Below are positions 50,513 through 60,022 of a stretch of 64,000 nt of DNA, one piece after another. The position numbers were made by a program, and so were the translations under genes. Under the pieces are notes generated by a model. That model was not told the DNA's origin, made no database searches, and was given only the letters and a program-made list of their open reading frames with translations. How positions within the stretch are numbered: position 1 is the first letter of the stretch; the number at the start of each line of letters is the position of its first letter. Source of the DNA: Psammoneis japonica (Eukaryota); NCBI GenBank assembly GCA_008632985.1, contig QPGO01000001.1, positions 124,001 through 188,000 on the forward strand. Reading direction: 5' to 3'.

Positions 50513-53113
50513 CTAATTATGGTTCACCGTGAATGCATATGCGGATCCAGAATCCTCGCCATGGACATCAGCATGTTTCGCACCAACTCCAACGACGCTT
50601 CCGTCGGCCGACAAGGACACGGAATATCCAAAATCATCATACTCAGCCTCGCCATATAAAGGATCACCAACTTGCTTCCATTCGTCTGCATTGCTGTCAT
50701 GCTGAAAAATTCGAACTTGACCCGCGTCAACCAATCCATTGACGACATGCCAACGACTTCCGACCGCCAAGACATTTCCATTGCCACTCAATGACAATGA
50801 GTATGCAAAACCATCAGCAGGCTGCTGTGTCAAGAGAGTTTGGCCACGTTGATTCCATGTCAAAGTCAAGCGGTCGTACGAATAAACCAAAACCGTCTCG
50901 TCGTAGCTTCCAGGTGCACCCGCGGCCACGATCAAGCCGCTGTCGTCAAGAGAAACGGAGATTCCAAACCAATCATCAACGACTTGTCCATTGATTGCAT
51001 CACCCAACAGATCCCATTTTGACGAGGAAGAATTGTATTCATACACTGACACTTTAACAGCAGTGTTTCCACCTGAATCAGTTAGATACGCTCCAACACC
51101 GACAATGGTTCCCAGTGCATTCAAGGAAACGGAAATACCAAACAAATCACCACTAGCTTGGCCAATGAGTGTTTGTCCGAGTTGGTTCCAGGATGAGGAG
51201 CCGCGGTCGTATTGAAACAATCGAACCGATCCAGAATCGGAGCCATTTTCCGTGTCGTCCCTCCACGCTCCAACGGCAAGAAGGTCTCCTGCGTCCGAGA
51301 GCGACACGGAAAAACCAAACTCATCACCAATGACATGTCCTCGAATATCACCACCGAGCTGGACCCAACGATTTGATGCCGAGTTGTATTCAAACACCCG
51401 AACGCGACCGGCAGCCGTTGCGGCACTGTCATTCCCATCAGCTCCAACTGCAAGAATTGTGCCGTCGCCATTTGACGAAACAGATTCGCCAAAACCGTCA
51501 GTCGATTGTCCAATCAATTCTTGGCCAATTTGTGTCCATTGTTGGGTGCTTGGATTGTACTGTTGCACAACAACGTAGCCGGGATATTTTTTTGAATCTT
51601 GCTCTGCTCCAATCGCCATGACACTACCATCACGGGACAAGGAGACGGAATGGCCAAAATGGTCACTTGCAGCTTTGCCGTGCAAGACTTGACCGATGGG
51701 AATCCAATCGGCGGGAATAATTGTTGAAGGCGCCGGTGTTGGAATGGGCGTCAGACTGACTGGCGTTGGTGGCACAGTCCCTGCTGGAAGCTTGCCACCA
51801 TTACCGTCCAAAGACACTCCAACGACGATGCCTACAGTTATCGCAGCTATGACCAAAAGAACAACCACTATGACGACAAGGCATTTACAACGACTGTGCT
51901 TGGTTGAAGTGCCTTTGTCGGTGCCGTCGGTCTCAACGCTCGTTTCAGCAACTTTGGCTTGAGCAAGTGGAACGGATAGGCGAAGGCGGGTGTTTTCTTC
52001 TCGGAGGCGAGCTATTTCATCATCGGTCGCCTGAGCCGGCCTAGCTTCAACAAGGGAGGTAGCACCAACCTCCTCAGCTTGCGAAGGTTGTGGAGATGCT
52101 GTTGGTTCCTCCGATTGGAATGTTTCGAGGTCGGATATGAGCGTAACATCATCACTGCCAGCTGCTGCTCGAAGAACTTGTCCTTGACGGTTCACAGCAT
52201 AGGCACCCGGTGTGACCCCTGGGGATGACGTATTGGCAGTGATTGGAGGATGTGTACTTTCATCAGTACTATCAAGTGTCGATTCATGTTCTTCTTCGTT
52301 TGGAGTCGCTTGTTGATGAGCCGATGACGAATTATGAGAAGCATCATCGTACACGCTTTCGTCTTCTGGTATCTGCTGTAGCCTAGATTGTTCTCTCATT
52401 GCTGCTTTACATTCTAGCTCATGTCGATGGATGCTTCGTTTTCGATTCCGATTGGCTGCAGCAATTTGTTGACGAGATAAATCAGTGAAAGCAGGTTGAT
52501 CATTGTCAATCGTGGGTAGTAATTCGTTTTCTGTATGAGTGTGCTGGTCACTTCCAATGGTCTCTTGACGCAAATCATCTGCTGGAGGAGATGCTTTGAG
52601 ATCTTGCTTCTGCGCTGATTGTTCTCGAATTTCTGCATTTCGCTTCAGGTATTTTCGACTCGCAAATAACTGTCGCCTCTTCTTCCGAGCCGCAGTGTCA
52701 CCGTGACGAGGTGAAGAGCAAGCAGTTTCTTGTTGATTCGAAATCTCTGCATTCCGATTCGTGCCTTTTAACAAATGAAACACGTCGACAGCAACGATTC
52801 GCCTGCGTCGAGCCTGTCCATCTCGGTTTCGCGCAACAGCACCGGTGCTGACACGTGGGACGGACCCGTTGTAGTTTTCTTCTTGTTTCCCAGCATCTTC
52901 ATCATCGTCACTCAAATTTGGACTTCTGGTACTCGTGCCAGAAGAAACGTGATTTGGAGTATATTCTTTTATCTGGCGTCCTATTCTTCCGCCGCTTTCT
53001 TCGGCGTCCTGCTGTTGAGACGCAATTTCTGTTGCTTCGTCGTAGGCTGATAATTCTCTTATCTCTTGTTTCTCTTCTTCTCGATCGTCTTTCAAGTTTC
53101 CTCTGTCGCCCAT
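50513..53113 (-). CDS. Single-pass membrane FG-GAP beta-propeller protein, paralog 2 (866 aa)
   Basis: Intact ORF; PGAYAV, TM LVVIVVVLLVIAAITVGIVVGV, PT-rich stalk, seven FG..GA repeats. Confidence 0.93.
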   Translation of the reverse strand: MGDRGNLKDDREEEKQEIRELSAYDEATEIASQQQDAEESGGRIGRQIKEYTPNHVSSGTSTRSPNLSDDDEDAGKQEENYNGSVPRVSTGAVARNRDGQARRRRIVAVDVFHLLKGTNRNAEISNQQETACSSPRHGDTAARKKRRQLFASRKYLKRNAEIREQSAQKQDLKASPPADDLRQETIGSDQHTHTENELLPTIDNDQPAFTDLSRQQIAAANRNRKRSIHRHELECKAAMREQSRLQQIPEDESVYDDASHNSSSAHQQATPNEEEHESTLDSTDESTHPPITANTSSPGVTPGAYAVNRQGQVLRAAAGSDDVTLISDLETFQSEEPTASPQPSQAEEVGATSLVEARPAQATDDEIARLREENTRLRLSVPLAQAKVAETSVETDGTDKGTSTKHSRCKCLVVIVVVLLVIAAITVGIVVGVSLDGNGGKLPAGTVPPTPVSLTPIPTPAPSTIIPADWIPIGQVLHGKAASDHFGHSVSLSRDGSVMAIGAEQDSKKYPGYVVVQQYNPSTQQWTQIGQELIGQSTDGFGESVSSNGDGTILAVGADGNDSAATAAGRVRVFEYNSASNRWVQLGGDIRGHVIGDEFGFSVSLSDAGDLLAVGAWRDDTENGSDSGSVRLFQYDRGSSSWNQLGQTLIGQASGDLFGISVSLNALGTIVGVGAYLTDSGGNTAVKVSVYEYNSSSSKWDLLGDAINGQVVDDWFGISVSLDDSGLIVAAGAPGSYDETVLVYSYDRLTLTWNQRGQTLLTQQPADGFAYSLSLSGNGNVLAVGSRWHVVNGLVDAGQVRIFQHDSNADEWKQVGDPLYGEAEYDDFGYSVSLSADGSVVGVGAKHADVHGEDSGSAYAFTVNHN

Positions 53114-53467
53114 GTTGTCGTCGTGGTCTATAGTAAGTTGATAACGCGGATCGACGGATTAATCGTTGACGATTGAAGAGATCAGGGATTGATAACGGAG
53201 CTGTTCACTGTAATCCTGTATTCTGCGCGATGGTCGGTCATGGCGTTCGCGTGTTTGTTTCTGCTTTCGAGAGTTCGCAAAAATTCCAAACTGGGTCTGT
53301 CCACCAGGGCGAATGGCGGCGTCAAAACCTTGAAGGATGCTGTAGTTTGGTTTTCTAAAATAAACTCTCTAGAGTAGTAGCTCTCTAGCTAGAGAGTATC
53401 TCTAGCTCTAGAGAGAGCATGCAAGAAGAACTCAAGAGACAGAAGACCGACGCAAAACTCTGAACGT

Positions 53468-55522
53468 CTAATTGCTTACAGAGAATACATATGCGGATCC
53501 TGAATTGAATCCCTTAGCACTAGTACGCTTTGCACCAACTCCGACAACGCTTCCATCTGCCGACAAGGACATCGACCAACCAAATTCATCGCCTTCAGCC
53601 TCGCCAATCAATGGATCGCCAACAAGTTTCCATTCCTTCTCCTTGGCGTTGTATTGAAAGATTGTGACTTGACCTGCTCTATCTAATCCTTTGGGGTCAT
53701 CTAGATAACCTCCAACAGCCAAAATGTTTCCATTGCCACTCAATGACACCGAAAAGCCTAACTCAGGATGTTGAGTTTGCAGAGTTTGACCGAGTTGACT
53801 CCACGTCGACGTTTCAGGCTCATAAATGTAAACAAGAGCCCCCCCGCCGTCTCCTGGCGCACTCACGGCCATCATCAAACCCGCGTCATCAAGAGAGACT
53901 GAGTACCCTAACTCGCCACTGACGACTTTTCCATCGGTTGGATCCCCCATGGGATCCCACCTCGATGATGCAGAATTGTACTCAAAAACCGAAACTTGGC
54001 GAGCACTGCCTCCCTTATCATCCAAGAACGATCCAACGCCGACAATCTTTCCTGAACTACTCAATGAGACTGAAGCACCAAATCGAACATCATCGTCTCG
54101 ACCAGTCAGCGTCTGTCCAATTTGGTTCCACGATTCTGTTTCACGGTTGTGCTGAAAAATTCGAACTGATCCAAAGACAGTTTCCTCATATTCATTTTCA
54201 GGATCGTCATCCACATACCCCTTGAAGTTGGCATAGACAAAATCGTCATCCTCGTAAACGTCGTGAATTCCTGGTGCTCCCACGGCAAGAATGTCTCCTA
54301 CGTCGGAGAGCGACACGAAATAGTAATAGGAATAGGAAGCAGAGAGCATACGAATGTCGCTGCCGATTTGGTCCCAATGGTCCGCGGTGGAGTTGTATTG
54401 AAAGACCGCAACATCGACTCCAGCGTTTGCTCCAATAGCAAGAATTGTTCCATCTCCATTTAACGATACCGATTTGCCAAAATCGATATTATCAGCTTGT
54501 CCAAGTAATTCTTGCCCCATGTGAGTCCAGTCTTGGGTAGCTTGGCTGAATTTGTGTACAGAGACATAGCCTGGATTATCAGATTGCTCAGCTCCTATCG
54601 CCATCACATTCCCATCACGAGACAAGGAGATTGATGTACCAAAATAATCATCTGCAGCTTTGCCGTGCAAGACTTGTCCAACGGGCTGCCATGGACCGTG
54701 TTTTTGCAGCAATACGGGAGCTTTCTCGTTACCCCCGTTCCCAAAAGATACGCCGAGAGCAACACCCACAATCGCCGCAACAACCAAAATCGCAATACCC
54801 AGAAAAAGGAAGCGCCTTTGGTGGCAGCGCTTTCTTGTCGTTCCTTCATCGATACCGTCACTCTCAATCTCGGCTTGGGCGACAACAGGATCTGGCTCAC
54901 GAAGTCGTTTGTTTTCATCTCGGAGATGAGCTAGTTCATGATGCGTTGCTTCAGCTAGCTGGGCTTCTACATGAATGGCGGCGCCATTCTCTTCGAGTGG
55001 TGGTGGCATTGGTAGATCCTCAGATTGTACCGTTTCGAGCTCGGTATTCAACGTAGCGTCATCATCACTGCCAACGCCTGCTCTCGGGACTTGACCTTCA
55101 CGGTTCACAGCATGGGCGCCCGGCGCAACACTTGGAGTACTAGAAGTTGTTCCTTCTTCACTCGTTATAAGCGATTCATCTTCTTCTTCGTCATGATCTC
55201 GACTTACGAAAGACTCCTGACTGGCAACCCCCGGAGGAGGAGAAATTTGTGGCGCTTCTTCATGTTGTGGCAGCAGCTGCCGCTCTTGCCTAGCTTCTTG
55301 TCGCATTTCTGCTTTACTTCTCAATTCGTTTTGATGAATGATTCGCTTTTGACGTCTCTCAGTAGCGGCTTCTTCCTGCTCCTCGTTTGCCTCTTGTTTC
55401 AATAATTCCTCTTGAGCCAAGTCTTGAGATGCTTTAATTTCCCGTTTCTCCTCTCCGTCTTCTCTCACGCCGTCAGGACTGTCATACTGCTTAGTCGGTG
55501 ATTCCTCGCTAGAAGGATTCAT
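53468..55522 (-). CDS. Single-pass membrane FG-GAP beta-propeller protein, paralog 3
   Basis: Intact ORF; first ATG at 55522 (MNPSSEE); PGAHAV, TM FLFLGIAILVVAAIVGVALGV; propeller with an acidic insertion. Confidence 0.92.
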   Translation of the reverse strand: MNPSSEESPTKQYDSPDGVREDGEEKREIKASQDLAQEELLKQEANEEQEEAATERRQKRIIHQNELRSKAEMRQEARQERQLLPQHEEAPQISPPPGVASQESFVSRDHDEEEDESLITSEEGTTSSTPSVAPGAHAVNREGQVPRAGVGSDDDATLNTELETVQSEDLPMPPPLEENGAAIHVEAQLAEATHHELAHLRDENKRLREPDPVVAQAEIESDGIDEGTTRKRCHQRRFLFLGIAILVVAAIVGVALGVSFGNGGNEKAPVLLQKHGPWQPVGQVLHGKAADDYFGTSISLSRDGNVMAIGAEQSDNPGYVSVHKFSQATQDWTHMGQELLGQADNIDFGKSVSLNGDGTILAIGANAGVDVAVFQYNSTADHWDQIGSDIRMLSASYSYYYFVSLSDVGDILAVGAPGIHDVYEDDDFVYANFKGYVDDDPENEYEETVFGSVRIFQHNRETESWNQIGQTLTGRDDDVRFGASVSLSSSGKIVGVGSFLDDKGGSARQVSVFEYNSASSRWDPMGDPTDGKVVSGELGYSVSLDDAGLMMAVSAPGDGGGALVYIYEPETSTWSQLGQTLQTQHPELGFSVSLSGNGNILAVGGYLDDPKGLDRAGQVTIFQYNAKEKEWKLVGDPLIGEAEGDEFGWSMSLSADGSVVGVGAKRTSAKGFNSGSAYVFSVSN

Positions 55523-56129
55523 GGGTGCTTTTGATTGTGAAACTGCAGTGCTATAACGATCAGATGAAATGCCGCAACAAAGTCTATGAACTACGAACAA
55601 CTGTCGCGTACACAGAATTTGCAAGGAAGTGCTTCAGTGTGCTCTCTGCTGCGTAGAATATACGCGAGATCTGGTATGTCTCGAAATCGAGAACCCCTTC
55701 AGCATGATGCCCTCATACATCATCAGACATCAAGATTTGAATGACACGAGGGTTCGCATCTCTCTTATTCCCATGGTGATGCGCCAAAGGCGTCACTGAA
55801 TCATAAAATTCAATTCGATTGTGTGTGCTTTGCATCAAACGTTGCGTGTCGCGGCGCTCTGCGACAAAACAAAATGGCGTTGTATCATTGTGATTCCATG
55901 CTCTGCCGCCGCCACTTCCGCACGCCACGCACGCCATTTTTGAAGAAGCACAATGCCCCATTCGCGATCGCGGAAGTAGTGGATCTGCACTACTAAGCAT
56001 TAACGTAATTTTCTACGTATGTAGAATCAATAAAGATATCTACGTAAGACCGCGAACACAAAGCGGCGGGCGAGGCGGGAGATCTGCAGTTTGGAAGTTC
56101 CGCCCGATACGCTGCGGAATCCTCGAACG

Positions 56130-57839
56130 ATGGTTGGGTTGATTTAGGCGGAATCGCTCTAGTAATTCAACAAGGATTGAGAAAGTCGGGTGCTTCTCCT
56201 GTCGTCATCAAGGAGGAGGCACGCAAAGCTCGACAAGGGATCGTCGTCGTCGTGACGAAGAATATTATGTGCACGGCATCACCAAAGCCGAATGGCTCAG
56301 CAGAAAGCATCATGAGCACATGGAGGATCTCACGTCTAGACTTATACACGGAAAACCAAAGATGATGGCTCCCGAAACGTTGGATACAGTCTTGTCATTG
56401 AATGATGATCTTGACATGAATGGCGATTTAGAACAACCACGCGAAACCATTACAACGCCTCACAACCGACCCGAGAACATTCGAGATTCGAAGAGTTCTC
56501 ATCGTGGAGTTAAAAATAGGACACTCGAAACCAAGTCGAGATTGCGGGGTGTGAGGGCAGAAATCTTGGTAATGTAACCTCGATTCGTGGCGGGAACGAT
56601 GTGAACGATGACTCTTTCGGATTCGCCAGCCGCAGGACACGAAACAAATCGAGATCACGTCTTGGTAGTTCCGAGAATTTGAACAATGTAACTTCAATTC
56701 ACGGTGATGACGGCGACGAAGACTTTAATTTATATCCAGCTACAACAAGGGACAAACAAAGATCTCGTGACAGAGCGGAAGACCTTGGCAACGTTACCAC
56801 CATTCACGGTGGCGAGGATGACGGTCTTGGTAGCTATTCCAATAATAGTCCACGACGCAAGTCAAGATCACGTGGTGGGTAGAGCAGAAGTTCCATTAAG
56901 CAATGTGACTTCGATTCATGGGGGTGAAGAAGATGACAATAATAGCGGATACGCAAGTAGCCGACGGAGCAAATCCAGGTCTCGCGGCAGAGCTCAAGAC
57001 CTTGGTAATGTGACGTCCATTCATGGAGGTGACGACGACGATGCTAAATATGCTGGTGGGTATGGAAGCGTGACGAGAAAGAAATCTGCGACCTGTGGTA
57101 GGGCTGAAAATCTAAGTTATGCGACTTCTATTCATGGTGGGGACGACGATGGCGACAAGTTGGGGGAATCGCGCCTTGATGGCAGAGCAAGATCGGGAGC
57201 AAAGCGGGCAGAGATTCTTGGCATTGTGTCCTCCATTCATCGCGAAGACGATGATGTAGAGTATTCCTCTATAGCAAGAGGGAAGTCGCGTCTCACGTGA
57301 CTTCGATCTATGGAGGAGACGACGAGTTGGATAAGCACAAGGCTCGAAACAAGTCCCTCCCAAGCAGAGTGGAAGACCTCAGCGGTGTAAAGTCAATTCA
57401 TGGTGACGATGGCAACGGAGAGTATGTTACGCCAAGGAGTAGTCCAGTGTTGCGACGCAAGCGTGCAGACGATGAGTCACATAATGCAAGTTCGTTTGAT
57501 CGCAGTGAGGCTGATGAGCGCAGTGTTGAAAGGAGGGAAAGCAAACTTGCAAACGGAAGTCGAAAGAGCAAGAATAATCATGCCAGGCGTATTGGTTCTA
57601 CAAACGGCAATGTTGCCGTGATTCGTCACAGACTTGTTGATGCAATGAATGAACTTGGCATACTCGGCAAAATCATCGATCGAAGGACGAGGCGTCCAAT
57701 GAAATCAAAGGTTTTGGAAGCGTTTGAAGACGTTGGATCGCTGATGAATCGTGACACAACTGACCACAAAGCGCTTGTTCAGCAAATGCGGCAGAAGCTT
57801 GCTGATGTTTTGGAGGAGCTTGAATCTATGGTGCAATGA
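56130..57839 (+). pseudogene. SIHG-repeat protein gene copy 2 (frameshifted)
   Basis: ORF pieces 56269, 56601, 56704 and 57297 carry NVTSIHGG repeats and end QMRQKLADVLEELESMVQ*. Start approximate. Confidence 0.78.
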
Positions 57840-58003
57840 TTTGTTCTGGAACTTATATACGGCACGAGAACTAGTGACTAAGCTCTCGTTTTTTCTCTAG
57901 GAGGCTAGCTTTTGTAGAGTGTAAATTTGGTAAAGCATTCTTATCTGTTTCCCACCTCGCGAATCGAGATTGCGCGATTAATGCAAAAGCATGAAATGCA
58001 GTT

Positions 58004-60022
58004 CTAATTGCCATTTACTGTGAATGCATAAGCGGATCCGGAGCTATCACCATTGACGTCAGCCCTGTATGCACCAACTCCAACAACGCTTCCGTCGGCC
58101 GACAAGGACACGGAAAATCCAAAACGATCATCGTTAGCCTCGCCAGTCAATGGATTTCCAACTTGCTGCCATTCCGATGTGCTACTGTCGTATTGAAAGA
58201 TTCGAACTTGACCTGCATTGGTAAATCCATTGACGTCATGCGAATCACTTCCGACCGCCAAGACGTTTCCATTTCCACTCAAGGACACTGACCAGCCAAA
58301 ATCATCAATGGGCTGTTGCGTCAAGAGAGTTTGACCTCGTTGACTCCATGTCAAAGTCGAACGGTCGTACGAATAAACCAACACTTTCTCGTTGCTTGGT
58401 CCAGGTGCACCCACGGCCATGATCAAACCACTGTCATCAAGAGAAACCGAAATTCCGAACCGCCCTTCAACAATTTGTCCATTGATTGGACCTCCCAACA
58501 GATCCCATCTGGATGAGGCAGAATTGTATTCATACACCGACACTTGACCCGCATTGCTTCCACCCGAATCATTGTCATCTGCCCCAATGCCAACAATAGT
58601 TCCGAGAGCATTCAGGGAAGCGGAAATGCCAAAACGACCCCCAGTGGCTTGTCCAATTAGCGTTTGTCCGAGTTGGTTCCAGGATGAGGAGCCGCGGTCG
58701 TATTCAAACAATCGAACTGATCCAGAGCCATCGCCATTTTCCGTGTCATCCCAAAACGCTCCAACGGCAAGAATGTCTCCCGCATCCGAAAGCGATACGG
58801 AATAACCAAACCAATCACCAGCGTCATTTCCAAGAATGTCACTACCGAGTTGGACCCAACGATCCGATAAGGAGTCGTATTCAAATACTCGAGCGTGACC
58901 GACATTACTTCCACCACTATCATTCCTATCAGCTCCAACCGCAAGAATTGTGCCGTCGCCATTTAACGAAACAGACTCACCAAAATTGTCACCGCCCGCT
59001 TGTCCCTTCAGATCTTGGCCAATTTGCGTCCATTGTTGGGTACTTGGGTTGTGTCGTTGCACAACGACATAACCGGGATTCAATGAAGAGAGCCGTTGAT
59101 CTGCCCCAACGGCCATGACACTACCATCATGAGACAAGGATACGGAATTGCCAAAATAATCTTCTGCAGCTTTGCCACGCAAGACTTGGCCGACGGGCTG
59201 CCAATTGGCAGGAATGACGTTAATTGGAGCAGCAGTTGGAGATTGAGTGGGAGCTAATGTAGGTGATGCCATTGCAGTTGGCACTCCGTCATTGTTCTTT
59301 TCGTTCTTACTCGTAGACAAAGCAACTGGGACAGCAACTGCAGTTGAAACAACTGCCACTGCCATAACTCCAAGTGCAACGATGAAACGTTTGCCACGTC
59401 GTTTTCTATCCTTGTCATCCTCAGAACCATCACTGCTCGCCCCAGCACGCTCAACTGGTGCAAGAGGCGCAAATCGATCATTCTTCTCTCTAGCCCATAG
59501 ACCACCTTCTTCGATTTCTTCGACTGTTGTAATGTTGTGTTTTCCTCGTCCACGAAGTACCTCGCCATCTTCGTCGATAGCAAAGGCTCCGGGAGCAATG
59601 TCGGGTATGCGTCGCAGATCTAAATCTTCCAATTCTTCATTGTCTTCGCTTCCATAATAATCGACTATCCGGTGGTCTTCATTAAGATCACAATGATTTA
59701 CCCGACTGTTTTGGTTCTCACGCAGATTCTTATGATTTTTCGTCTTTGAAGCTGGTGGTTCTACATCACCGTCTTGTTGCAATTGTTGCTGCTCTCGTCG
59801 ACGTTTCGCATGCGCCTTCAACTCCTCTTGATGAGAGATGCGTTTTTGTTCCCGCCTGCCACTGTTGCTGTCAGAGTCGTCGTCATGCATCAAAGGTGAA
59901 GCGCCCTTTTCTTTGACAACCTTGCCATCGTTCTTGTTGTTTCTCTTGTTTGTTGCTGTCGTTTCATGCTTCTTTTTGCTCGTCTTTTGTTTGGCGAGAG
60001 GCTTGTCAGAGTGATTCTCCAT
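58004..60022 (-). CDS. Single-pass membrane FG-GAP beta-propeller protein, paralog 4 (672 aa)
   Basis: Intact ORF; PGAFAI, TM FIVALGVMAVAVVSTAVAVPVAL, PT stalk, seven FG..GA repeats. Confidence 0.93.
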   Translation of the reverse strand: MENHSDKPLAKQKTSKKKHETTATNKRNNKNDGKVVKEKGASPLMHDDDSDSNSGRREQKRISHQEELKAHAKRRREQQQLQQDGDVEPPASKTKNHKNLRENQNSRVNHCDLNEDHRIVDYYGSEDNEELEDLDLRRIPDIAPGAFAIDEDGEVLRGRGKHNITTVEEIEEGGLWAREKNDRFAPLAPVERAGASSDGSEDDKDRKRRGKRFIVALGVMAVAVVSTAVAVPVALSTSKNEKNNDGVPTAMASPTLAPTQSPTAAPINVIPANWQPVGQVLRGKAAEDYFGNSVSLSHDGSVMAVGADQRLSSLNPGYVVVQRHNPSTQQWTQIGQDLKGQAGGDNFGESVSLNGDGTILAVGADRNDSGGSNVGHARVFEYDSLSDRWVQLGSDILGNDAGDWFGYSVSLSDAGDILAVGAFWDDTENGDGSGSVRLFEYDRGSSSWNQLGQTLIGQATGGRFGISASLNALGTIVGIGADDNDSGGSNAGQVSVYEYNSASSRWDLLGGPINGQIVEGRFGISVSLDDSGLIMAVGAPGPSNEKVLVYSYDRSTLTWSQRGQTLLTQQPIDDFGWSVSLSGNGNVLAVGSDSHDVNGFTNAGQVRIFQYDSSTSEWQQVGNPLTGEANDDRFGFSVSLSADGSVVGVGAYRADVNGDSSGSAYAFTVNGN

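Noticed and set aside
55523..55624. N-terminal extension of propeller paralog 3 given in the ORF track
   Set aside because: It starts at a non-ATG codon; the first ATG is at 55522.
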